Assembly (NCBI GenBank): GCA_036508555.1
Contig: DATCHD010000023.1
Coordinates: forward strand, 833-64,832
Origin: Prolixibacteraceae bacterium
GTDB taxonomy: Bacteria > Bacteroidota > Bacteroidia > Bacteroidales > Prolixibacteraceae
Direction: 5' to 3'
DNA: 64,000 nucleotides
Both the position numbers and the translations under genes were made by a program. The notes beneath the pieces were generated by a model. It was not told the DNA's origin. It did no database searches and worked only from the letters and a program-made list of their open reading frames with translations. Within the stretch, counting starts at the first letter, position 1; the number at the start of each line of letters is the position of its first letter. Below are positions 17,245 to 25,507 of the stretch, one piece after another.

Positions 17245-17397
17245 TTAATTTTCTAAATCGATTATTTTATCGATCTCAGATTTATTCTCAGGGAGGTAAT
17301 TGGTGGCAACATCCCAAATTATCAGATAGTCAATACCGTGATATTCGTGAGACACTAGGCGGATCTCCTTTTTCAAACTAAACGTAATTAACTTGTT
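17245..17397 (-). pseudogene. HepT (DUF86) toxin remnant, C-terminal ~50 aa with no start codon
   Basis: The open frame reads ..KKEIRLVSHEYHGIDYLIIWDVATNYLPENKSEIDKIIDLEN*. This resembles the R-x4-H-x-Y / IW..v...LP C-terminal region of HepT, with one residue missing from the RxxxxH spacing. Confidence 0.5.
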
Positions 17398-17500
17398 TTA
17401 AGATCTTATCCCTGATCTGCTCTTTCAAAGCACTTTTTGTTACCAAGTCTATTTTTCGTCCAAATGTCTTTTCGAGATATATTTCAAGTGAAAAAAACAT
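17378..17500 (-). pseudogene. MNT-type nucleotidyltransferase antitoxin remnant, C-terminal 40 aa
   Basis: MFFSLEIYLEKTFGRKIDLVTKSALKEQIRDKILKQVNYV* matches the conserved ...LGRKVDLVT..aL...l...I tail of minimal nucleotidyltransferases. The catalytic N-terminal part is absent. It sits in canonical MNT-then-HepT order and overlaps the HepT remnant. Confidence 0.5.
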
Positions 17501-17640
17501 TGTATAGTCTCATGGTAAAAGCTATCTTTAGTTCAGCTACAAGATACAAAGAAGATTTTGAAAAACCAAGGATAAATAGCTGATTTACATATATTTTATA
17601 TATAAAAGACAGACTCTAATTATATTTTTAATACAAAAAA

Positions 17641-18027
17641 ATGAAAATAGCAGTACCGGTAACAAGCACGAATCAGGTTGATGATCATTTCGGTCATTGT
17701 AACTTTTATGATGTTTTCAGCGTTTCACAGCACAAAGAAATTACAGATTCGAAAAGAATTCCATCTCTTCAAGGATGTGGCTGCAAGTCCAACATTGCCG
17801 AAATCCTGGCTGCCGATGGTGTAACAGTAATGCTTGCCGGAGGAATCGGGAATGGCGCCATCAATGTATTGAAGAATGCTGGAATATCCGTAATTAGAGG
17901 ATGTAGTGGTGATTCTGCCTATCTGGTAAAGCTTTATCTCTTAGGTACCCTTTTGGATAGCGGTGAAAGTTGTCATCATCATGAAAACCACCAGGCTCAG
18001 GAAGATGGACACCAATGCAGCCACTGA
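17641..18027 (+). CDS. NifB/NifX-family (dinitrogenase FeMo-cofactor-binding fold) protein with a His/Cys-rich tail
   Basis: MKIAVPVTSTNQVDDHFGHCNFYDVF...GVTVMLAGGIGNGAINVLKNAGISVI. C-terminus SCHHHENHQAQEDGHQCSH. Confidence 0.8.
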   Translation: MKIAVPVTSTNQVDDHFGHCNFYDVFSVSQHKEITDSKRIPSLQGCGCKSNIAEILAADGVTVMLAGGIGNGAINVLKNAGISVIRGCSGDSAYLVKLYLLGTLLDSGESCHHHENHQAQEDGHQCSH

Positions 18028-18082
18028 ATCATCCAGATTTTCCTTTTGGTTGGAAAATTTGCGAACTGAATATTTTAACGGA

Positions 18083-18193
18083 CTGCTATACTTTTACAAA
18101 ATACAGAATTGTACGCAAAACTGAATGAATAAGCACACGGTACAAATTTCGATCGCCATTAATAATTAGATCTATAATTTCGCTATCGGTCAT
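18083..18193 (-). pseudogene. Possible sigma-70/ECF sigma factor N-terminal remnant (36 aa)
   Basis: MTDSEIIDLIINGDRNLYRVLIHSVLRTILYFVKV* resembles the start of region 2 of ECF sigma factors (..eLi.li..GD..af..L...y). It is truncated by a stop. The match is weak and short. Confidence 0.3.
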
Positions 18194-18214
18194 TTGCAAT
18201 AACGTTAGCTGAAT

Positions 18215-18541
18215 TTATCCTTTTTTGCTTATTTCAATCATTCCATTTTGATTGACAATTACAATATCCTTCTCATTTAATTCAATCAGTCCATCCTTCT
18301 CAAAATTTTTCAACAGTTTCACACAACTCTCTGTCGAGATACCAGCAAAGTCAGCAAGGTCTTTACGTGAAAGCAATTGAAAAATTTCCGGATTTTCAGC
18401 CTTTAATCCATTCAAATAAAGCAGAGTATCAGCTATACGACCATTCATCTGTTTATATAGCACGTTTCTAAGTGAATCGAATAAATTGATATTGTGTTCG
18501 CAATATCGTTTAATGCTTAATCGAGGCAATCCATGATCCAT
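18215..18541 (-). pseudogene. Crp/Fnr-family regulator, C-terminal HTH half only
   Basis: ..NGRIADTLLYLNGL...LSRKDLADFAGISTESCVKLLKNFEKDGLIELNEKDIVIVN is the Crp-type HTH. The cNMP-binding domain is missing. The frame closes 4 codons upstream of the ATG, at the TGA encoded at 18551-18553. Confidence 0.6.
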
Positions 18542-18837
18542 TATTTGTAATCAACCTCGAAGGAATAATAACTGATATGAATAATGCATCAATAAAAATA
18601 ACCGAAGCGATATCGCACGACAATTTAATTGGCACATTATTTCTTGACTATTTCACCGATGTCCACAAGGCCGGTGAAGGTTGCCAACAAGTATTTTCTG
18701 AAGATTTTCTTATCGGTTACCCGTTAACCTTTATGAACAGTCAGAGAACCAATGTATTATTCAACGGATCAATTTATAATGATGAAAGAGGAAAAGTATT
18801 GGGGGCTGTATTGGTTGCCAGAGAAGTTTCTGCCTAA
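18514..18837 (+). pseudogene. Isolated PAS-domain fragment
   Basis: The frame is open from 18514 and reads LIEAIHDPLFVINLEGIITDMNNASIKITEAISHDNLIG...NGSIYNDERGKVLGAVLVAREVS, one PAS fold with no sensor-kinase or output domain. Its 5' end overlaps the Crp remnant on the other strand. Confidence 0.5.
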
Positions 18838-18885
18838 ATGCGACCTCTTTTTTTGTTTAACAAAGAGGAGACATATATATCACCC

Positions 18886-20118
18886 CTATTTCAATGACCA
18901 GGATGTCAGCATTTCTTTGTCCTTTACAAAAACGTTGCTTCCGTTAAGTATGGGAGAAGCATAGACTTCCGTTTCAGAAACCTTGTATTTGGCCAACTCG
19001 ACATATTTTTCCCCACTAGGTTGAATAATAATAAGGTTACCAGTTGCGGGAAGACTCACCAATACCTTTCCTGCATCGGTTAGGGAAGCGAAGCGATTAT
19101 GGGGAGTAGCTTCAAACCAGACCTTTTCTCCGGTTTTTGCATTCAAACAATATATTTCTCCTTTTTTTGCCTCATGACCATAAATGAAACCATCCTTAAT
19201 TATCGGTGTATTGAAAGAAACTCCTAATTCCGCATTCTTCCATATTTCTTTTGTTTCCCAGGTTTCTCCTTGTTTTAGGATGCTAATCAATTTTGTTCCA
19301 CTTCCCTGTCCAGTAACCAAAACATTTTGATCTTCATATACCGGAGAATTTGCATTATTGAACATCCGCTGCACAGGGCACGGAATTTTCCACAACAATT
19401 TTCCGTCTGTTGAGACTCCACACAAATCAGTCTCTGATTGCACCAGAAGTGTGTTTTTGATGGTCTTCATTAAAACAGGTGAAGCATAAGTTGTGGGAAT
19501 TCCTTCGAGTTTCCAGATTTCCTTACCCGTATTGATATCAAAAGCCACAGTAACGCCTTGTGTCTTACCTCCTAATTGGATAATGCACATCTTATTCAAG
19601 ACCAGTGGAGAGCTGCCACAGAAAAATTGCGGCACTTCCTTAAATGCATCATTCTGCCAGATCACTTTCCCGGAATTGGCATCCAGACAATGTACAATTC
19701 CACCGGTACCAACCGTAATGACTTTCCCATCAGTTACAAAAGGTGTGCTGCGAGGTCCGGGATGCCCAATAGCAGGACCTGTTATCTTTGGCGAAGGATT
19801 TAAGCTGGTCTTCCAGATCTCTTTTCCATCAGAGGCATTTATACACAATGCAACTTCCGTTGTATCCTGCATGACATGCAGGAAAATTTTGTTTTTAACC
19901 AAAACCGGAGAGGCATCTCCCAGGCCAACCTTTACCTGCCAGGTACTTTTGAGTTGCTCAGGCCATTTTACAGGGATGTCGAATCCGCTTACTTTATTGT
20001 CTCCGCTTATTCCACGCCAGCCATTGCCGCCCTGAGCCTGAATGTTGTTAAAATTCGCAATCAAAAAAATGACTGTCAACATTACCGCAAATACTTTCAT
20101 CGTTTTCATAATAGACAA
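18886..20118 (-). CDS. Secreted PQQ-like (BamB-like) beta-propeller repeat protein (410 aa)
   Basis: Signal peptide, then repeated blade signatures ALCINASDGKEIWKT, VHCLDANSGKVIWQN, VAFDINTGKEIWKL, IYCLNAKTGEKVWFE. Confidence 0.8.
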   Translation of the reverse strand: MSIMKTMKVFAVMLTVIFLIANFNNIQAQGGNGWRGISGDNKVSGFDIPVKWPEQLKSTWQVKVGLGDASPVLVKNKIFLHVMQDTTEVALCINASDGKEIWKTSLNPSPKITGPAIGHPGPRSTPFVTDGKVITVGTGGIVHCLDANSGKVIWQNDAFKEVPQFFCGSSPLVLNKMCIIQLGGKTQGVTVAFDINTGKEIWKLEGIPTTYASPVLMKTIKNTLLVQSETDLCGVSTDGKLLWKIPCPVQRMFNNANSPVYEDQNVLVTGQGSGTKLISILKQGETWETKEIWKNAELGVSFNTPIIKDGFIYGHEAKKGEIYCLNAKTGEKVWFEATPHNRFASLTDAGKVLVSLPATGNLIIIQPSGEKYVELAKYKVSETEVYASPILNGSNVFVKDKEMLTSWSLK

Positions 20119-20206
20119 TTAAATGGTTACATGTATTTAATCAACGTATCACAACAAAACAATTTTGCAATCAGCAAATTTCACCTAAAGTTAAGACTTT
20201 CCTTCG

Positions 20207-20626
20207 TTATTTTATAATCGTTTTTTGTTCTTCCAGCATTTTGATGATCTTGTCCAATTTATCCACTTCCAGTGAATTTAACTTCTTGGACAAGGCTTCA
20301 ATTTCCAGCTTTGCGTCGATATTAGTTTGATAATCAGCCTGAGCCTGAACCCGGTCTCTATCGTTTTGTCTATTCTGGGACATCATTATTATAGGTGCCG
20401 CATAGGCTGCTTGGGTTGAGAATACCAGATTAAGCAAGATAAAAGGGTAAACATCCCAATGGTAAACATAACCCACGAGGTTCAATCCCATCCACAATAT
20501 AACGAGTATAGTTTGAATGATGATAAAACTCCAGGACCCCATTCCTTTAGCAACGGAATCAGCTAAGCGACTTCCAAAACTCAATGTATCTTTGTGAGCT
20601 TCGTGCCAGTTTTTTTGATTTTGCAT
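20207..20626 (-). CDS. DUF1003-family membrane protein
   Basis: FGSRLADSVAKGMGSWSFIIIQ...YPFILLNLVFSTQAAYAAPIIMMSQNRQNDRDRVQAQADY matches the DUF1003 pattern as I recall it. Confidence 0.75.
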   Translation of the reverse strand: MQNQKNWHEAHKDTLSFGSRLADSVAKGMGSWSFIIIQTILVILWMGLNLVGYVYHWDVYPFILLNLVFSTQAAYAAPIIMMSQNRQNDRDRVQAQADYQTNIDAKLEIEALSKKLNSLEVDKLDKIIKMLEEQKTIIK

Positions 20627-20673
20627 AATTTTAAAAATTTAGAAGAGATCTGATCATATTTATAGATGCCAGG

Positions 20674-22995
20674 CTATTGTTTCGTTAACTCCACTTTCCC
20701 ATTTTCAGGAAACTGTATCATTAGAATTTCACCCTCGGTTTTCACCTCGCCCGGCCAACTGCATTTGGTCTGAAAGGGATTACTCCCAAAAGGATTCTTC
20801 ATCCGGCAAAGGCCTCCTTTTTCTGAGACGATCTTCACGCCTGTAACATTTCCTTGCTCCATTTTTGCTGATACCAGGAAAGCCCCCTGACATCTTAAGG
20901 TTGAAAATGACACCTCTTTCCAGGCAACCGGGAGGGCTGGGAAAATCCTGATAAGGCCAGTATGGCTTTGAATCAGCATCTCCTGTACCGCAGCTGCAAA
21001 AGCGAAATTTCCTTCGAGGGTGAACGGCCGGTACTTAAATTTTGAATATCCCTTGTTGAATTGCTCTCCGTTCACGTGAAAGCTATTGCGAAGACAGAAA
21101 TTTTCAGCAAAGATCCTCAACGCTCCGGCGGCCTTATCTCCCATGAATGCCCGGGCGTAAAGATTTGCTTCCCAGCTATAAGAATATCCGCACCAATAGT
21201 CGGGTCCGATTCTCTCCAGGGTTTGAAGGGTTTCCCTTATCATTCGCTGCTCTTTTCGTCCGTTCGACCAATCAATGATGCCAAGTGGATGCCATCCGAC
21301 CAAATGGGAAAAGTGTCTGTGTGATTCGACATAAGAATGGCGCGGAGCAAAGGCCAGTCCGCCTTTTAGGTCCAGCGCAAAGGGAGGCCACTCTTTTGAT
21401 ATGGCATTCCATTTTGCTTCTTCTTCTGTCTTTCCAAGCTTTCCGGCGAGTTCCGCTGCTTTTTCGAAGGTCCAGCGGATAAAGGCAAGATCGTAATTGG
21501 TCGTTTCGGTGAACCAGGCATTGCAAGAATTATTGTAAATCTCCGGACTGGAACTCAGCGGTAGCTTTCTCAGACCATTTTCTTGTTTTTCTGATATTTC
21601 ATCGAGGTAGATGGCCACATCACTGATCCAGGGATAGGCTCTTTCGCGCAGAAACTGTTCATCCCTGGTAAAGACCCAGTGGAGATAAAAATGTTGTGCC
21701 AACCAGCAGCCGACGGTCGGACCGAAGGAATATTGAATCCAGCCGCCCATAGGTTCGCCGGTAAGGGTGGTCACCCCAGGGACATTCATTCCGGAGGTTC
21801 CAAAATACGTTTTTGTATATTTCTTGAAGGTTTCCCTGCAGGACCAGAGCCAATTAAGGAAGCCAATTTCCAGGTCCAAATGATTGCCAGAGTAGGCCGG
21901 CCAGTAGCTCAGCTGGGTGTTCAGGTCGTGGTGGAAATCTCCTTTCCAGGGAGGAAGTTTCCCGTTATCGGCTGTCCAGACGGCTTGCAGCGAAATTGGC
22001 GGGGCATCAGCGCGGGCGGCCGATCCAAATTTGTATTGCTCCAGGTACCACTGCTTTTCCAGGATAGGATCTGGCAGGGAAACCGCAGATTTGCTCCAGA
22101 AATACTGCCACCATTCTTCGTGTGATTGGAATGCTCTTTCGAATGTATCGCTATTCACTAATGATGCAATCTGTTCACCTGCAGGTTTTTGTCCGGCCTT
22201 CTCTGAGAGACTGGTTGTGATAGTCCAGGCGCCGGTAAGGGTGTTGCCTGACCGTTTCCAGGTTACTGCAACTTCATATTCGAAACCATTCCAGCCTTTT
22301 TGGCGGTAAACTATTTTATCAAGAAACGGTTTTACTTTCCCTTGTTCATATCCCAGCCGCTGCAGATCCAATCCGGTTACAGAGCTGGCATTTTCAGAAA
22401 CACCCTCTTTTTTATATTGTGGTGGCACCAGAATAGGGATGAAATCTTTGGCCACTTTATGAAACCGGAACCAACCTGCGGAACCGGATGCATCAACAAA
22501 AGTCTTCATGGAGGTTCCGTTTTTCCACTTCACCTCGCACAAGGCATTTTGCAGCGTCAGAGATACCTGGGCGATTTCACCCATATATTTGGTGTCAAAT
22601 TCCAGCGCAGCTCCTGGAATTTTGGAAGGTGCCGGAGAGGCGTCGTAAGGGAGGTCAAACATTTCCTGTACTGGTTTGTAATTTTTCTCTATTACGTGCT
22701 GTTGCACCCACTTCCAGTTGAATTCAGGTTTGCTGAGATTCTCCATCGGCCTAAGATCCCACAGATCGGCGCGGTCTAGCGAGAAACGGAAATGTTCTCC
22801 TTTTTGCCAGATTAGCGCACCGAGCATTCCGTTACCAAGGGGTATTCCCTCGTCCCAGGTGGTTGCCAGGCTGGTAAATTGTAAATTATGTTGCCCGGGG
22901 AGGACCGAATTTGAGTCTGATTGCTGTGCCGTAACAACAGATTTGGAGCCAGTAATCAAAAGCAGGCTTAGCAAAGTAATTTTGATGATTCTCAT
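20674..22995 (-). CDS. Glycoside hydrolase, GH95-like (alpha-L-fucosidase-like), secreted
   Basis: Signal peptide. N-terminal WDEGIPLGNGMLGALIWQKGEHFRFSLDRADLWD resembles the GH95 N-terminal motif. The central DFHHDLNTQLSYWPAYSGNHLDL resembles the N-x-Q-x-x-YW catalytic-region motif. Length is 773 aa. Confidence 0.6.
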   Translation of the reverse strand: MRIIKITLLSLLLITGSKSVVTAQQSDSNSVLPGQHNLQFTSLATTWDEGIPLGNGMLGALIWQKGEHFRFSLDRADLWDLRPMENLSKPEFNWKWVQQHVIEKNYKPVQEMFDLPYDASPAPSKIPGAALEFDTKYMGEIAQVSLTLQNALCEVKWKNGTSMKTFVDASGSAGWFRFHKVAKDFIPILVPPQYKKEGVSENASSVTGLDLQRLGYEQGKVKPFLDKIVYRQKGWNGFEYEVAVTWKRSGNTLTGAWTITTSLSEKAGQKPAGEQIASLVNSDTFERAFQSHEEWWQYFWSKSAVSLPDPILEKQWYLEQYKFGSAARADAPPISLQAVWTADNGKLPPWKGDFHHDLNTQLSYWPAYSGNHLDLEIGFLNWLWSCRETFKKYTKTYFGTSGMNVPGVTTLTGEPMGGWIQYSFGPTVGCWLAQHFYLHWVFTRDEQFLRERAYPWISDVAIYLDEISEKQENGLRKLPLSSSPEIYNNSCNAWFTETTNYDLAFIRWTFEKAAELAGKLGKTEEEAKWNAISKEWPPFALDLKGGLAFAPRHSYVESHRHFSHLVGWHPLGIIDWSNGRKEQRMIRETLQTLERIGPDYWCGYSYSWEANLYARAFMGDKAAGALRIFAENFCLRNSFHVNGEQFNKGYSKFKYRPFTLEGNFAFAAAVQEMLIQSHTGLIRIFPALPVAWKEVSFSTLRCQGAFLVSAKMEQGNVTGVKIVSEKGGLCRMKNPFGSNPFQTKCSWPGEVKTEGEILMIQFPENGKVELTKQ

Positions 22996-23050
22996 GGTTG
23001 GTCTGGTTTAGTCCGCTGTTACAACATCATTCATGTGATAATAATTTGTT

Positions 23051-23119
23051 TTTCAATGGCCAAATGAAATACCCACATTATCATTTTAGGTTGGTGCGAA
23101 CATGTGCTCATGGGTATTT
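23051..23119. repeat. 69-nt structured repeat, family D, copy 1
   Basis: Collinear with 32112-32180 without indels, 54 of 69 positions identical by my count. Shared blocks: TTTCAATGG, AATACCCACAT, ATCATTTT, ATGGGTATTT. An 8-9 bp outer stem AATACCCA/TGGGTATT encloses a variable hairpin. Confidence 0.7.
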
Positions 23120-25258
23120 AATGTAATATGCTTCGACCCCTGCATCCAAGAACTGCTTGAATCCTTCGATGTTCAGATCATAAGCCCGTGGGGAGACCAG
23201 AAGCCTTCCTTCGCTGTCCAGAATAACATAATAAGGTTGTGAATTGGTCCCGAATTTATCAGTTTGGATCTCGGTGTTTTTCTTACCCAGCAGCCTGATT
23301 TCCTTGCCTGACTTGTTGATGTACCACTCTTCCTTCGGCATTTCGATGACCTTATCGTCTACATAAAGCGCCACTATCACGAAGTTTTCCCTCAGTCTTT
23401 TCAGTACTTCCGGATTGCTCCAGACCCTGTTTTCCATCTCGCGGCAGTTGGTGCAGCCATGACCGGTGAAGTCTACCAACACAGGCTTTTTCAATTCTTT
23501 TGCGACTTTCAGTGCCTGATCGTAATCGAAATATCCCTGCAATCCGTGCGGCAGTTTCAGTCTGTCGGCATATTTTGGCGCTTCCGCCATGTTCCCTGCA
23601 TGCATTGCCGGCCCGCTACCGGGATTGTCCCTCACAATGGCATTGATGTCAAAATCTTGAGTCTCGGTAGGTGGAAGCCAGCCTGAAATCCCTTTCAGCG
23701 GGGCACCAAAGAGTCCGGGGATCAGGTAAACAACAAAGGTGAAAGTGAAGATAATCAGCAGCAATCGTGGAAATGATTTGACCACTGGATAATCGCTGTC
23801 GTGGGGAAATTTGATCTTGCCCAACAGGTAAAAACCCATCATGGTAAAGATGACAATCCAGAAACCAAGGTATACTTCCCTGTCGAGGATACCCCAGTGA
23901 TAAGTCTGGTCGGGGACGTTGAGGAATTTCAACGCGAAGGCAAGTTCGATGAAACCGATCACGACTTTAACGGAGTTGAGCCATCCGCCCGATTTCGGCA
24001 ACTTGTTGAGCCATTGCGGGAAAAAAGCGAAAAGCGTGAAGGGGATAGCGAATGCCAGTGAGAACCCGAGCATACCGATAACGGGTTTGAGAATTGCTCC
24101 GCCGACGGCTTGTACCACCACAGTGCCTACGATTGGACCGGTGCAGGAAAAGGATACCAGCACCAGGGTGAAGGCCATGAAAATGGTACCCATCGTACCG
24201 CCTTTGTCCTCCTGTTGCACACTTTTGTTTACCAGCCAACTGGGCATGGTTATCTCGAAATAGCCGAAAAATGAGGCTGCAAAAATCACGAAAATCAGGA
24301 AGAAAAGTACATTGGGAATCCAGTGGGTGCTGAGCCAGTTGCCAAAGTCTGCGCCAAACAGAACGGAAATCAGCACTCCGAAAATAACATAAATTGCGAT
24401 GATCGAAAAGCCATAAACCAAGGCCTGAATTTTCCCCTGGGATCCGCTTTTCATGAAATAGGAGACCGTCATGGGGATCATCGGAAAAACACAGGGTGTA
24501 AATATGGCCAGTAAACCCCAGAAGAAGGCCTGGAGGAAGAACCACAATAGCGAGCGGTTCTTGCCGGTGAATTCGTCGTTGCTGGCGGATGCAGCTGCGG
24601 GAACGGATGCAGTTGCGGGAACGGATGCAGCTGCGGTGGATTTGTAATCCGCCGCAACTTGTGCAGATGCTGAGGCAGCAGATTGCAAATCTGCTGCAGC
24701 GTCATGCTTCAAATCTGCTGCAGCTTTATTTGCTGCTGCGGGGGCTGCTGCTGCGGATTTGTAATCCGCAGCCGGTTTGGCCCCGGTCTTGGCTCCGGGA
24801 ACCTCAAAGGTGAATTCCAATTCCCCGGGGATGCAGCTTTCATCGTTACAGGCTTGGTAACTTAGGTTGCCTCTGACTGTCAATTGTTTGTCGGTCAGGA
24901 CTTTAATCTTTTGAATGAAAGTGACCGCAGTACTAAAGAACTGCACCTTCATCGAAAACATCTTGTCGAAGAATTCCTCTGGTTTGGGTTCACCGACGGC
25001 CCCTACCATTTCGATGCCAGCACTCTTTTCGATTTTGAATTCTGTTGGCAAAGGTCCTCCCTCGGCCAGGTGCTGGGAATAAAGGTGCCAACCCTTGTCG
25101 ATACTGGCAATAAACTGAAGTTCTGCCGTATTGGCACCGGTAATTTTGGTTTTGAACGACCATTTGACCGGTTTAAGTATCTGGGCCTGAACAGTATAGA
25201 AAAAAGACAGAAACAGGAAAGTTGCGATGGACAGTGCCCTGGTAATTCTGATTTTCAT
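23108..25258 (-). CDS. dsbD: DsbD-family thiol:disulfide interchange protein (N-terminal DsbD-alpha-like domain, Ala-rich linker, CcdA-type TM core, C-terminal thioredoxin)
   Basis: Signal peptide, then N-domain ...YQACNDESCIPGE. TM core with TPCVFPMIPM and SFSCTGPIVG. C-terminal thioredoxin VDFTGHGCTNCREME. Confidence 0.85.
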   Translation of the reverse strand: MKIRITRALSIATFLFLSFFYTVQAQILKPVKWSFKTKITGANTAELQFIASIDKGWHLYSQHLAEGGPLPTEFKIEKSAGIEMVGAVGEPKPEEFFDKMFSMKVQFFSTAVTFIQKIKVLTDKQLTVRGNLSYQACNDESCIPGELEFTFEVPGAKTGAKPAADYKSAAAAPAAANKAAADLKHDAAADLQSAASASAQVAADYKSTAAASVPATASVPAAASASNDEFTGKNRSLLWFFLQAFFWGLLAIFTPCVFPMIPMTVSYFMKSGSQGKIQALVYGFSIIAIYVIFGVLISVLFGADFGNWLSTHWIPNVLFFLIFVIFAASFFGYFEITMPSWLVNKSVQQEDKGGTMGTIFMAFTLVLVSFSCTGPIVGTVVVQAVGGAILKPVIGMLGFSLAFAIPFTLFAFFPQWLNKLPKSGGWLNSVKVVIGFIELAFALKFLNVPDQTYHWGILDREVYLGFWIVIFTMMGFYLLGKIKFPHDSDYPVVKSFPRLLLIIFTFTFVVYLIPGLFGAPLKGISGWLPPTETQDFDINAIVRDNPGSGPAMHAGNMAEAPKYADRLKLPHGLQGYFDYDQALKVAKELKKPVLVDFTGHGCTNCREMENRVWSNPEVLKRLRENFVIVALYVDDKVIEMPKEEWYINKSGKEIRLLGKKNTEIQTDKFGTNSQPYYVILDSEGRLLVSPRAYDLNIEGFKQFLDAGVEAYYIKYP

Positions 25259-25507
25259 AATGTAGACTATTTTTCTGGCAAACTTAATTTAAATTAAGAT
25301 CATAAACCATCAATGCTTCGTTGTGCCTGAGATATAGTTAAATTAGTACACAAATATAGAAAGCAGTACGATAGAACTGAAAAATGGGAAATGGGGACCG
25401 TAGTGCAAATTAATTCTTTATTTTTGTTTGGGAGATCAGTGATGAAAAAATTCGGACTAAAACTAAATCAGCTGGCTCTTCGAATCCGGACAGTTAAACT
25501 TTATCAG

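Noticed and set aside
21061-23011. Multiple forward and off-frame ORFs overlapping the GH95-like gene
   Set aside because: They are shadow ORFs within a continuous 773-codon frame. None has recognisable motifs.
24478-24865. Several short ORFs on both strands across the dsbD linker (for example MQLRERMQLRERMQLRW...)
   Set aside because: They are artefacts of the Ala-codon-rich palindromic repeats, which are open in many frames. The dsbD frame is continuous through the region.
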